DNA of 64,000 nucleotides from Acutalibacteraceae bacterium (GCA_045531855.1 JAZSEU010000030.1:1412-65411); one strand, 5' to 3'; counted from the first letter of the stretch, positions 1-9,472 are shown. Program-made: numbers and translations. Notes: generated by a model from the letters alone, not told the origin.

Positions 1-9
1 GATTTTCGT

Positions 10-46
10 CCCTGAGATTGCGAATATGCAGTCTCAGGGCTTTTTT
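10..46 (+). terminator. Rho-independent terminator-like hairpin, either ending an upstream unit or acting as attenuator of a leader that lies outside the window
   Basis: ccctgaga (10-17) pairs with tctcaggg (32-39), followed by TTTTTT (41-46), 45 nt before the first ORF. Confidence 0.5.
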
Positions 47-91
47 ATTGCCAAAACTTCAACATAATTTTTAAAATGAGAGGTAGAAATT

Positions 92-1477
92 ATGAACATC
101 AGAATTGCAGAAAGAACACTTTGCACGGGCGACAGTACTTTTAGCTTTAAGGAGAAAATAGAAATTTCACGCCAGTTTGAAAAACTTGGCGTTGATGCTA
201 TTGAGCTTCCCGAGATAGAAAATGTTAAAACAGATACCTTGCTTATTAAAACAATAGCATCGTTTGTTAAAAACAGCGTTATTTCGGTTGGTGTAGGAAT
301 AAATGCTCAGAGTGTTGAAAATGCGGCAGCAGCTCTTCAGACTGCTAAAAAGCCGAGAATCAGAATTGAGCTTCCCGTTTCAACCGTTGGAATGGAATAT
401 ACCTGCCATAAAAAAGCTCCTAAAATGCTCGAGATTGTTAAAGAGTTAGTAGCTCTTGCAAAGCAGAAATGTGATGATGTTGAGTTCTGTGCTTTGGATG
501 CCGCAAGGGCTGAAAAGGAAGAGTTAAAGGCATTTATCACTGCTGCCGCTGAAAACGGTGCAACCTTAATAACTGTTTGCGATAGTGCGGCAGAAATGAT
601 GCCCGATAGCTTTAAGGAATTTATAAATGAAATTAAGGGTATGCTTAATGGTTTTGATGTTAATATCGGTGTTATGTGCGATAACAAAAACGGCCTTGCA
701 GCCGCTAATGCCATAACTGCGGTTACCAACGGAGCAAACACTGTTAAGACTAATGTTACAGGTGATTTAGTTCCCGTTGAAACCTTTGCGGGAATTATCA
801 AAAACTGCGGAAACAGCTATGATTTTGAGTCGAATGTAAAGTATACCGAGCTTAACAGAATTATAAAGCAGGTTAATTGGATTATCGGAAACGCTAAGAA
901 CGAAAAGAGCGCTGTTACTGTTGCTGGAGTTGATGAAAGCGGAATAAAACTTGATAAAAATGACGAGCAGTCGGCAGTTATAACCGCTGTTATGAAGCTT
1001 GGTTACGACCTTTCCGAAGAGGATGCAGGCAAGGTTTATGAAGAATTTTTGCGTGTTGCTGAGAAAAAGAATGTTGGTGCTAAAGAGCTTGATGCTATTG
1101 TTGCAAGTGTTGCATTGCAGGTGCCGCCAACCTATAAGCTGATAAATTATGTTATAAACAACGGAAATATCATTTCTGCATCTGCTCAGATAACCCTTGA
1201 AAGAGATGGAAAGAAAATTAAGGGCATCTGCATTGGTGATGGTCCTATCGATGCGGCATTCCTTGCTATTGAGCAGATTATCGGCCATCATTATGAGCTT
1301 GATGATTTCCAGATTCAGTCTGTTACCGAGGGTAAAGAGGCTATGGGCTCAGCACTTGTTAAGCTTCGTTCAGGCGGAAAGCTCTATTCGGGTAACGGAA
1401 TTTCAACCGATATTATGGGAGCAAGTATAAGAGCGTATTTGGGTGCTGTAAACAAGATTGTTTACGAGGAGGCATAA
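92..1477 (+). CDS. 2-isopropylmalate/citramalate synthase-like (HMGL/LeuA family) protein with a LeuA allosteric-type C-terminal domain and degenerate catalytic motifs
   Basis: 461-aa ORF. The C-terminus (GDGPIDAAFLAIEQ...GNGISTDIMGASIRAYLGAVNKI) looks like a LeuA dimerisation/regulatory domain. The N-terminal DTTLRDGEQ-type motif reads ERTLCTGDS, and the HxH metal site reads MCDNKNG. Confidence 0.7.
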   Translation: MNIRIAERTLCTGDSTFSFKEKIEISRQFEKLGVDAIELPEIENVKTDTLLIKTIASFVKNSVISVGVGINAQSVENAAAALQTAKKPRIRIELPVSTVGMEYTCHKKAPKMLEIVKELVALAKQKCDDVEFCALDAARAEKEELKAFITAAAENGATLITVCDSAAEMMPDSFKEFINEIKGMLNGFDVNIGVMCDNKNGLAAANAITAVTNGANTVKTNVTGDLVPVETFAGIIKNCGNSYDFESNVKYTELNRIIKQVNWIIGNAKNEKSAVTVAGVDESGIKLDKNDEQSAVITAVMKLGYDLSEEDAGKVYEEFLRVAEKKNVGAKELDAIVASVALQVPPTYKLINYVINNGNIISASAQITLERDGKKIKGICIGDGPIDAAFLAIEQIIGHHYELDDFQIQSVTEGKEAMGSALVKLRSGGKLYSGNGISTDIMGASIRAYLGAVNKIVYEEA

Positions 1478-1481
1478 ACTT

Positions 1482-3989
1482 ATGAAATTATCATTTTCAA
1501 CAAAGGGCTGGCATAACAGAACCTTTGAAGATTTTTGTGATATCGCAAAGGATTTAAAATTTAAAGGAATAGAGCTTCATAATATTCATAATGAGCTATT
1601 TACCGCTAAGGACGGCGCTTTTCACGATTATACCGCCGCCGCAACGGTTAGAAAATTATATGAATTAAAGCTTAATATTCCTTGTATTGATACAATCTGC
1701 GACCCTGCAGATAAGTCTAAAGAAAAAGAAAGCATTGAAGAAATCTTTGCTTGCGTTGATATCGCTTCAAGACTTAATATTCCTTATGTCAGAATCCGTG
1801 CTTGCACAACGGAGAACCCCGAAGAAAAAACCGAGAATATGGCTGAGGTTATTACTTCTGTTTTGCCAACGGCTGAGGAAAAGGGAGTTACCTTGCTTGT
1901 TGAAACAAGCGGTATTTATTCAGATACTGCCCGTCTTCGAGATTTGCTTGACCGTTTTGCCTGCGATAATTTAGCGGCACTCTGGGATATGTATTGGCCG
2001 TACTTTAATATAAACGAGCAGCCCGAGACTACCATTAAAAACCTCGGAGCTTACATTAAGCATGTTCATATTAAGGACGCTGTTAAAACCGAGAGCGGCA
2101 ATGAATTTTGCCTTATCGGCGAGGGTGAAATGCCGATAGATGAAATGATGCTTGGTCTTCGCTCGGTTAACTTTGACGGTTTTATATCTCTTGAATGGGA
2201 CCCCAAATGGTGCGAAGAGCTTGATGATATGGAAATCATTTTCGCTCAGTTTATAAACTATATGAAGCAGTTCGGCGATACCTCTAAAAACGAATCTGCA
2301 CTTTATTATAACCGTGCCCATACGGGTAAATATGTATGGGAAAAGGACCAGCTTATAGATGCAACCTTTTCGGATGTGCTTGACAGAATGGTTGAAGAAT
2401 TCCCCGACCAGTATGCTTTTAAATACACAACCCTCGACTATACAAGAACCTATAGCGAGTTCAGGGATGATGTTGATAACTTCGCACGTTCCTTAATCTC
2501 TTTAGGTGTTAAGGCGGGTACCCATGTTGCTGTTTGGGCTTCTAATGTTCCGCAATGGTATATCGCATTCTGGGCAACGGTTAAGTTGGGAGCGGTTTTG
2601 GTTACGGTTAATACCGCTTATAAAATTCACGAAATTGAATATCTGCTCAGACAGTCGGATACACATACCCTTATTATGACCGAGGGTGCAAAGGACTGTA
2701 ATTACGGTGAGATTATTGCAGAGCTTTGCCCTGAGCTTGAGAAAACAAAAGAGGGAACTCCGCTTCACGCAAAAAGGCTTCCGTTCCTTAGAAATGTAAT
2801 TTCGGTAGGCTTTAAGCAAAAGGGTTGTCTTAGCTGGAACGAGGCTTGTGGGCGTGCTTCTCAGGTGCCGCTTGAAGAGGTGCACAGAATGGCGGCTTTG
2901 GTCGATAAGGATGATGTCTGCAATATGCAGTATACCTCAGGAACAACAGGTTTCCCAAAAGGTGTTATGTTAACTCACTACAATGTTGTTAACAACGGTA
3001 AATATATAGGCGACCATATGGAGCTTTCAACTGCGGACAGAATGATGATTCAGGTTCCGATGTTCCATTGCTTTGGAATGGTGCTTTCTATGACCGCATC
3101 TATGACACACGGAACAACTATGTGTCCGCTGCCTTATTTCTCGGCTAAGCCGGCATTGGCTTGCATAAATTTGGAGCATATAACAACCTTTAACGGCGTT
3201 CCGACTATGTTTATCGCTATGATGCAGCACCCTGATTTTGCAAAAACCGATTTCTCATATATGAGGGTTGGAATTATGGCGGGTGCCAACTGTCCTGCAG
3301 ACCTTATGAAAAAGGCAACTGAGGTTATGAATATGAAGGAAATCGTTTCGGTTTATGGTCAAACCGAGGCTTCTCCCGGTTGCACAATGAGCAGTTACTA
3401 TGACTCTTTAGAGGTTAGAACTGAAACCGTTGGCTCTGCATTTGCTAATGTTGAATGCAAGGTTGTTGACCCTGAAACAGGGGATGACTGTCCTGACGGT
3501 GTTAACGGTGAGTTTGTTGCCCGTGGTTACAACATAATGAAGGGTTATTATAAAATGCCAAAGGCAACCGCAGAGGCGATTGATGAGAACGGCTGGCTTC
3601 ATACCGGCGACCTTGCCTGCAGAAGAGAGGACGGAAACTACCTCATAACAGGCAGACTTAAGGATATGATAATCAGAGGCGGCGAAAACATTTATCCTAA
3701 AGAAATTGAGGAATTTATTTATACCTGTCCTAAGGTTCGCGATGTTCAGGTTATAGGCGTCCCAGATGAGCAATACGGTGAGGAAATAATGGCCTCTATT
3801 ATTCTCAAAAAGGGAGAAACTATGACCGAGGATGAAATGAGGGCTTATATTGCGGCAAATATGGCTCGCCATAAGGTGCCGAGATATATTGATTTTGTTG
3901 ATAGCTTCCCGATGAATGCGGCAGGAAAAATTCTTAAATATAAAATGAGAGAAGATGCCGCAAAAAAGCTAGGATTAAAGAAGGGTTAA
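1482..3989 (+). CDS. Fusion protein: xylose-isomerase-like TIM barrel (sugar phosphate isomerase/epimerase family) N-terminal domain plus AMP-dependent acyl-CoA synthetase/ligase C-terminal domain
   Basis: The ORF track starts at TTG 1458, but GAGGAGG (1466-1472) followed by ATG 1482 (MKLSFSTKGW) is the better start. AMP-binding motif YTSGTTGFPKGV is present, and the C-terminus is typical of acyl-CoA ligases. Confidence 0.75.
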   Translation: MKLSFSTKGWHNRTFEDFCDIAKDLKFKGIELHNIHNELFTAKDGAFHDYTAAATVRKLYELKLNIPCIDTICDPADKSKEKESIEEIFACVDIASRLNIPYVRIRACTTENPEEKTENMAEVITSVLPTAEEKGVTLLVETSGIYSDTARLRDLLDRFACDNLAALWDMYWPYFNINEQPETTIKNLGAYIKHVHIKDAVKTESGNEFCLIGEGEMPIDEMMLGLRSVNFDGFISLEWDPKWCEELDDMEIIFAQFINYMKQFGDTSKNESALYYNRAHTGKYVWEKDQLIDATFSDVLDRMVEEFPDQYAFKYTTLDYTRTYSEFRDDVDNFARSLISLGVKAGTHVAVWASNVPQWYIAFWATVKLGAVLVTVNTAYKIHEIEYLLRQSDTHTLIMTEGAKDCNYGEIIAELCPELEKTKEGTPLHAKRLPFLRNVISVGFKQKGCLSWNEACGRASQVPLEEVHRMAALVDKDDVCNMQYTSGTTGFPKGVMLTHYNVVNNGKYIGDHMELSTADRMMIQVPMFHCFGMVLSMTASMTHGTTMCPLPYFSAKPALACINLEHITTFNGVPTMFIAMMQHPDFAKTDFSYMRVGIMAGANCPADLMKKATEVMNMKEIVSVYGQTEASPGCTMSSYYDSLEVRTETVGSAFANVECKVVDPETGDDCPDGVNGEFVARGYNIMKGYYKMPKATAEAIDENGWLHTGDLACRREDGNYLITGRLKDMIIRGGENIYPKEIEEFIYTCPKVRDVQVIGVPDEQYGEEIMASIILKKGETMTEDEMRAYIAANMARHKVPRYIDFVDSFPMNAAGKILKYKMREDAAKKLGLKKG

Positions 3990-3990
3990 G

Positions 3991-4797
3991 ATGGTAAACG
4001 GAATTTTTACTATTGATGCTCATTGCCATATTTATCCCGAAAAAATCGCTTCAAGAGCGGTTGCAGGAACCGATAATTTCTATGGAGAAAACTCGGTTGG
4101 CACAGGTACAACAGAAAACCTTTTGGCTCTTGGAACTAAAGCCGGTATTGATATGTTCGTTGTTCAGTCGGTTGCAACAACACCCCATCAGGTAAAGAGC
4201 ATAAACAATTTTATATCGTCTGAGGTTGCAAAAAGTCCCGATAAGTTTATAGGTCTTGGAACGCTTCACCCTGATAGTGAGGATATTAAGGGAGATATTG
4301 AGCATCTTTTATCCTTAGGGCTTAAGGGTGTTAAGCTCCATCCCGATATTCAGGCTTTTAAGATTGATGATTACAGATGTCTTAAAATATATGAGTTATG
4401 CGAGGAAAAGGGACTTCCTGTTCTTATGCATACAGGGGATAACCGTTATGATTATTCAAATCCTAACAGACTTTTACCTGTGCTTGAGATTTATAAAAAC
4501 TTAACCGTTATTGGTGCTCACCTCGGCGGTTGGTCGATTTGGGAAGAGGCTGTAGAAGCTTATAAGGGTATTGAAAACTTTTATGTTGACTGCTCTTCAA
4601 GCTTTAATTATATTGATAAAGAAACCGCTAAGAATATAATAAGGGCTTACGGAGCGGATAAGGTGCTTTTTGGAACAGACTATCCTATGTGGTCTCCCGA
4701 AGCAGAACTTGAATATTTTTTATCCTTAGGGCTTGAAAATTGGGAAATAAATAGTATACTAAATATAAACGCTAAAAAAGTTTTTTGTTTGGAGTGA
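3991..4797 (+). CDS. Metal-dependent amidohydrolase (amidohydrolase-2 / TIM-barrel hydrolase family)
   Basis: 268-aa ORF with N-terminal DAHCHIYP (HxH) motif. It starts 2 nt after the previous stop. Confidence 0.7.
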   Translation: MVNGIFTIDAHCHIYPEKIASRAVAGTDNFYGENSVGTGTTENLLALGTKAGIDMFVVQSVATTPHQVKSINNFISSEVAKSPDKFIGLGTLHPDSEDIKGDIEHLLSLGLKGVKLHPDIQAFKIDDYRCLKIYELCEEKGLPVLMHTGDNRYDYSNPNRLLPVLEIYKNLTVIGAHLGGWSIWEEAVEAYKGIENFYVDCSSSFNYIDKETAKNIIRAYGADKVLFGTDYPMWSPEAELEYFLSLGLENWEINSILNINAKKVFCLE

Positions 4798-4802
4798 AAC
4801 AA

Positions 4803-6086
4803 ATGAGTAATTTAAAATTAGGAACAAAATGTGTTCAGGGCGGATATACCCCCGGTAACGGTGAGCCTCGTCAGGTCCCGATTATTCAGAGCACAACCTT
4901 TAAATATGCAACAAGCGAAGATATGGGCAAGCTTTTTGATTTGGAAGCAAGCGGATATTTTTATTCCCGTCTTCAAAATCCAACCTGCGATACTGTTGCA
5001 GCTAAGATTTGTGAATTAGAGGGCGGAACTGCCGCAATGTTAACCTCTTCAGGTCAGGCGGCTTCTTTCTTCTCTATCTTTAATATCGCTTCCTGTGGAG
5101 ACCATATTGTTGCTTCTTCGGCTCTTTACGGCGGAACATATAACCTATTTGCAGTTACTATGAAGAGAATGGGAATTGAGTTCACCTTTGTTTCCCCCTC
5201 TGCTTCAGAAGAGGAATTAGATAAGGCATTTAAGGATAATACCAAGGCAGTTTTCGGTGAGACTATCGCTAACCCTGCTTTGAATGTTCTTGATATTGAA
5301 AAGTTTGCAAATGCTGCTCATAAGCACGGTGTTCCGCTTATTATTGATAACACCTTTGCAACACCTGTTAACTGCCGCCCTTTTGAATGGGGTGCTGATA
5401 TTGTAACCCATTCAACCACTAAGTATATGGACGGACACGGTAGCGGTGTTGGTGGATGCATCGTTGATTCAGGCAAGTTTGACTGGACAAAGTATCCCGA
5501 TAAGTTCCCCGGTCTTTGCACTCCGGACGAGAGCTATCACGGGGTTACCTATACCGAGCGTTTTGGGCTTGAGGGTGCTTATATTACCAAGGCTACCGCT
5601 CAGCTTATGCGTGATTTCGGCTCTATTCAGTCTCCTCAAAATGCTTATTATGTGAATTTAGGACTTGAGAGCTTACACCTTAGAATGAAAAAGCATTGCG
5701 AGAACGGTCTTGCAGTTGCTAAATTCTTAGAGAGTGATGACAGAATTTCTTGGGTTACCTATCCCGGACTTGAGTCGGATAGTAACTATGAGCTTGCTAA
5801 GAAGTATCTTCCTAACGGCAGCTGCGGTGTTGTAAGCTTCGGTGTTAAGGGTGGAAGAGCGGCTGCGGAAGCCTTTATGAAGGGCCTTAAAATTGCAGCT
5901 ATCGAAACCCATGTTGCAGATGCCCGTTCTTGCTGCTTGCACCCTGCAAATGCAACCCATCGTCAGATGAATGAGGATGAGCTCAAGGCTGCAGGTATTT
6001 CGGGCGACCTTATCCGTTTCTCTTGCGGAATTGAGGACGCCGAGGACCTTATTGCCGATATTAAACAGGCGCTTGACAATATTTAA
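4803..6086 (+). CDS. metY: O-acetylhomoserine sulfhydrylase (PLP-dependent)
   Basis: Start MSNLKLGTKCVQGGY at ATG 4803 after GGAG. PLP-lysine context HSTTKYMDGHG. Full-length Cys/Met-metabolism PLP enzyme pattern. Confidence 0.9.
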   Translation: MSNLKLGTKCVQGGYTPGNGEPRQVPIIQSTTFKYATSEDMGKLFDLEASGYFYSRLQNPTCDTVAAKICELEGGTAAMLTSSGQAASFFSIFNIASCGDHIVASSALYGGTYNLFAVTMKRMGIEFTFVSPSASEEELDKAFKDNTKAVFGETIANPALNVLDIEKFANAAHKHGVPLIIDNTFATPVNCRPFEWGADIVTHSTTKYMDGHGSGVGGCIVDSGKFDWTKYPDKFPGLCTPDESYHGVTYTERFGLEGAYITKATAQLMRDFGSIQSPQNAYYVNLGLESLHLRMKKHCENGLAVAKFLESDDRISWVTYPGLESDSNYELAKKYLPNGSCGVVSFGVKGGRAAAEAFMKGLKIAAIETHVADARSCCLHPANATHRQMNEDELKAAGISGDLIRFSCGIEDAEDLIADIKQALDNI

Positions 6087-6090
6087 TAAA

Positions 6091-6119
6091 AAAACCCCTC
6101 TTGCATAAGAGGGGTTTTT
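6091..6119 (+). terminator. Rho-independent terminator after metY
   Basis: cccctctt (6095-6102) pairs with aagagggg (6107-6114), loop gcat, then TTTTT. Confidence 0.8.
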
Positions 6120-6159
6120 ATGTTATTCTATATAAAGATTAAGAAACGAGGTGAAAACT

Positions 6160-7080
6160 ATGCCCATTAAAATACCGAATGATTTACCTGCAGTTAAAAC
6201 ACTTAATGATGAAAATATATTTGTTATGACCGAAACGAGAGCAATAACTCAGGATATCCGTCCTTTGAAGATATTGCTCCTTAATTTGATGCCTAAAAAA
6301 ATCGAGACCGAGACTCAGTTATCCCGTCTTCTTGGAAACTCTCCCTTGCAGGTTGATTTAGAGCTTATTCATACTAAGAGCCATAAATCTAAAAATACTT
6401 CGGCTGAGCACCTTTTCACATTTTATAAAACCTTTGATGATGTTAAGGATAAAACCTTTGACGGAATGATTATAACAGGAGCTCCGGTTGAAAATATGGA
6501 GTTTGAAGAGGTTGAATATTGGAACGAGCTTTGCGAGATGATGGAATGGACCAAGACCCACGTTCACTCAACTTTTCATATTTGTTGGGGAGCTCAGGCG
6601 GCACTTTATTATCATTACGGGATAAAGAAATATCCTCTTGATAAAAAGCTTTTCGGTGTTTTTGAGCATAAGGTTGATTATAAAAAATCCATTCTTTTCA
6701 GAGGCTTTGATGATAGATTTATGGTACCTCATTCTAGGCATACAACTATAAAAGAAGAGGATATAAAGGCGGTTAAGGAGCTTAAGATTCTCTCAACCTC
6801 GAAAGAGGCAGGGGTTTATGCCGTTTCAACTAAAAAGGGTAAACAGATATTTATTACGGGGCATTCGGAATATGATGCCGATACTTTGGCTAATGAATAT
6901 TTCCGTGATTTAGGAGAAAATAAGCCGATAGAAGTTCCTAAAAACTATTTCCCGAAGGATGATATCAAGAAAAGCCCCATTGTTTCTTGGCGTTCTCATG
7001 CAAATTTGCTTTATTCCAACTGGCTTAACTACTTTGTTTACCAGACGACACCTTATGATATTGAGAAAATTAAAAAATAA
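6160..7080 (+). CDS. metA: Homoserine O-acyltransferase (MetA family; O-acetyl type expected in Firmicutes)
   Basis: [23 protein letters not shown]...LNLMPKK...TGAP...HSRH is colinear with enterobacterial MetA. ATG 6160 follows GAGGTG. Confidence 0.92.
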   Translation: MPIKIPNDLPAVKTLNDENIFVMTETRAITQDIRPLKILLLNLMPKKIETETQLSRLLGNSPLQVDLELIHTKSHKSKNTSAEHLFTFYKTFDDVKDKTFDGMIITGAPVENMEFEEVEYWNELCEMMEWTKTHVHSTFHICWGAQAALYYHYGIKKYPLDKKLFGVFEHKVDYKKSILFRGFDDRFMVPHSRHTTIKEEDIKAVKELKILSTSKEAGVYAVSTKKGKQIFITGHSEYDADTLANEYFRDLGENKPIEVPKNYFPKDDIKKSPIVSWRSHANLLYSNWLNYFVYQTTPYDIEKIKK

Positions 7081-7114
7081 ACGACAAGGGTTTAAAGCCT
7101 TGTCGTTTATTTTT
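7081..7114 (+). terminator. Rho-independent terminator after metA
   Basis: acgacaagg (7081-7089) pairs with ccttgtcgt (7098-7106), followed by a T-rich run. Confidence 0.8.
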
Positions 7115-7220
7115 GGAAAGGGTCGAAGCCCTTGGATTTTTCACCTATTTGTTCGAATCCCCCTCAAAATACACAAATTTAAAAAGAGCCCATCCTAAAA
7201 GTGATAGACTCTTTTCAAAT

Positions 7221-7239
7221 TGGCGGAGAGAGGGGGATT
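7221..7239. repeat. attL core (partial copy of the tRNA-Ser 3' end)
   Basis: tggcggagagagggggatt is identical to 43037-43055. Flanking sequence differs on both sides. Confidence 0.85.
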
Positions 7240-7348
7240 GATTTTTATATTTATTTGTTTTTGCTTTATTGTCAAAAAACCGCATTATTACTGCATTTTT
7301 AATGCTTTTTGTGGTAGTTGACTATTGTTATTTTTGATGATTCTCCGA

Positions 7349-7373
7349 AAAATTCGTGCAAAATTCGTGTAAT
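7349..7373. repeat. Candidate integrase arm-type binding site (left arm)
   Basis: aaaattcgtgcaaaattcgtgtaat matches 42971-42995 at 24 of 25 positions in the same orientation. Internally it is two AATTCGTG units 11 bp apart. It lies between the int stop codon and attL. Confidence 0.6.
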
Positions 7374-8492
7374 TTATATAGTGTTTAGAATTTTAATAGC
7401 TCGTTCTTCTTCGCGGGGATATAAATGCGCATAAACCTTAAGCGTTATGTTTGCGTTTGAATGGCCTAGTCTTCGAGCTATCTCCTGAATATTAATTCCC
7501 TCGTTTATAAGCAGGGTGGCGTGGGTATGCCTAAAATCATGTATTCTTATAGTTCTAAGTCCTGCTTTTTGGGAAAGTTCAATATTCTTATTGGAAAGGC
7601 TTGTATCACGAAGGGGAATTTCACCGCCGCAAACAAGCATATTTTCATTCCATTTTGAGTATTCCGTTTGTTGAATTTTCTTTTGTTCTTCAAGGATACT
7701 TTGTAAAGGCTTTGGAATTTGCAGTTTTCGTTGGCTGGAAGCGTTTTTAGGCGGAGTGAATATATTTTGCTTCCCTTTTACTTTTTGAGCAACAGAGCGG
7801 GTCACGGACAATATATCGCCCTTTATATCGCACCATCTTAGAGCGTTTATTTCCCCTTTACGCATACCTGTATAAAAAGCAATAGAAAAGAAAGTGTAAT
7901 AAGCCCAGTCTTTCGGGGATTTCAAATCTAAAAAAGAAATAAACTTTTTGTATTCTTCGGCCGTATAATACTGAATTTTTTCTTCGGGCTTATTAAAATC
8001 ATATGCATCTTTAAAATTAGGAATCCTTTGAAGAGGATTATTTGGTAGATATTCCATTCTAACCGCAAAATTCAGCATTGCTGTAAATTCTTTATAGATA
8101 TTCTTTTTAGATGTTGTCTTTAAGGTTAATTTTGCGATTTCATTTTTCCAGTTCTGAAGGATAGGAATAGTGAGTTTTGATAGCCTTACATTTGCAAGCG
8201 TTGGTAGCACATATCTTTCGAGGTTACTTTTTGTTTTTGCAAGACTGGTTTCTCTAACTTCGTTTTGTTTTGTTTCGATATACAATTCATAAAGGCCGGA
8301 TATGGTTAAAATTTTAGAAGGTTCAATATTGGTTTGGGCCTGCAATTTTGCTTCTGCTTGTTTTGCCTCGGTTGAGCCGTATACTAATTTTGATTTTTGC
8401 TTATAATTTCCGTTAGTGTCGGTGAAATTATAAGTTACCCTATATTGAGATTTTCCTTCTTTATTCTTTTTTCCTGTTTTATATATAGGCAT
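7374..8492 (-). CDS. int: Tyrosine site-specific integrase
   Basis: 372 aa. C-terminal catalytic region HDFRHTHATLLINEGINIQEIARRLGHSNANITLKVYAHLY (R..HxxR..Y pattern). Adjacent to attL. Confidence 0.92.
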   Translation of the reverse strand: MPIYKTGKKNKEGKSQYRVTYNFTDTNGNYKQKSKLVYGSTEAKQAEAKLQAQTNIEPSKILTISGLYELYIETKQNEVRETSLAKTKSNLERYVLPTLANVRLSKLTIPILQNWKNEIAKLTLKTTSKKNIYKEFTAMLNFAVRMEYLPNNPLQRIPNFKDAYDFNKPEEKIQYYTAEEYKKFISFLDLKSPKDWAYYTFFSIAFYTGMRKGEINALRWCDIKGDILSVTRSVAQKVKGKQNIFTPPKNASSQRKLQIPKPLQSILEEQKKIQQTEYSKWNENMLVCGGEIPLRDTSLSNKNIELSQKAGLRTIRIHDFRHTHATLLINEGINIQEIARRLGHSNANITLKVYAHLYPREEERAIKILNTI

Positions 8493-8510
8493 TATAATAT
8501 CACCTCTTTA

Positions 8511-8906
8511 TTACTGTAGATAATAGTCTAAGGCTTTTTGCATAAAATCCTCGGTAACGCCGAAATGTTCGGAGAGCTCCCAGCGGTTTCGGCAATATTT
8601 ACAGGCTTCTTTTAGCTCATCCTCGGGGATGAGTTTTTTTATTGCCCATTTATTTGCTGTGTTTTCGTGTTTGGAACGAATATCAAATGGTGAATACTGA
8701 TTATAGAACGCTCCGGTTTCACAATGCCCGAGTTCATGAGCGAGTTTGACTTTTTCGTCTGATTCGTTAATTAACTTCAAAGGGTTTATAGCTATATGGC
8801 ATTGCCCATCGAGTAATAGTGAAACGCTTTCGGTTTTTTCCAAATCAAAAGAAAAAACATTAACATTATCATATTCGGCAATATCATATAGGTTGCTTAA
8901 TGTCAT
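8511..8906 (-). CDS. ImmA/IrrE family zinc metallopeptidase (candidate repressor-cleaving antirepressor)
   Basis: 131 aa with HELGH motif. It overlaps the stop of the upstream XRE repressor gene, which is the classic ImmR/ImmA arrangement. Confidence 0.8.
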   Translation of the reverse strand: MTLSNLYDIAEYDNVNVFSFDLEKTESVSLLLDGQCHIAINPLKLINESDEKVKLAHELGHCETGAFYNQYSPFDIRSKHENTANKWAIKKLIPEDELKEACKYCRNRWELSEHFGVTEDFMQKALDYYLQ

Positions 8907-9472
8907 AGGGTATCCTCTTTCTTTTTTTCTCTAATAAACTGTGCGAATTTACGAACATCTTCAAGAATATCAGGAGTGATATCCTTATTGTCTTCTCCGT
9001 AGAGCGCAAACATTAAAGCCTCGTCGTTAGTGATAACGGTGGGGTTTTCTTTATTTATAATCTGATTTATTGCATTTTTAGTTTCCGGTTTGGTTCGATA
9101 TTCCATTATCATTTTCATTTCGCGGTTTGTTGCAATAAAGGGTTCGGAATCTTTTGAAGGTAAATTGGAATCTTCCTTAAATATTAATACGGAGTTTTTA
9201 TTAGCGGAGTTGAGAACCAGGGGATTGGAATTGTCAGTTGTATTTTGCAAGGGGAAATTCATTTCATACTGTTCGTCTTCACCCATTATAAAAGATGGAT
9301 GCACTTGAAGAGCGTTAGCCAAAGAAACAATTTTATCACGGCGCATATTCGCAATGTCTCCACTTTCCCATCTTGAAACGGTAGCTTCGCTGACACCGAT
9401 TTGTTTCGCAACCTCGAGCATAGTCAATCCTAATTCTTTTCGTCTTTTCTTTAATTTTTCACATATATTCAT
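8903..9472 (-). CDS. XRE-family HTH repressor (CI-like)
   Basis: HTH LGLTMLEVAKQIGVSEATVSRWESG. Start moved to ATG 9472 (MNICEKLKK), which follows a GGAGG. Divergent from the cro-like gene. Confidence 0.85.
   Translation of the reverse strand: MNICEKLKKRRKELGLTMLEVAKQIGVSEATVSRWESGDIANMRRDKIVSLANALQVHPSFIMGEDEQYEMNFPLQNTTDNSNPLVLNSANKNSVLIFKEDSNLPSKDSEPFIATNREMKMIMEYRTKPETKNAINQIINKENPTVITNDEALMFALYGEDNKDITPDILEDVRKFAQFIREKKKEDTL

Noticed and set aside
1-91. Possible SAM riboswitch or T-box leader upstream of the first operon
   Set aside because: Only the terminal hairpin and T-tract lie inside the window. No aptamer or specifier sequence is visible, so I report only a terminator-like hairpin.
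1458-1481. TTG start at 1458 for the fusion protein, and similar upstream non-ATG extensions at 4785, 6151, 8903-9520, 14194, 14678, 20568, 24294, 45363, 49990 and 57916
   Set aside because: In each case an internal ATG is preceded by a good Shine-Dalgarno sequence and gives the conserved family N-terminus or avoids overlapping a promoter or terminator. The extensions come from longest-ORF calling.
7151-7165. gttcgaatccccctc, a 15-nt copy of the tRNA-Ser T-arm/acceptor junction in inverted orientation, 55 nt left of attL
   Set aside because: It is too short, and the T-loop sequence is shared by many tRNAs. No complementary T-stem or acceptor continuation is present. It could be an old att scar, but that cannot be supported from this window.
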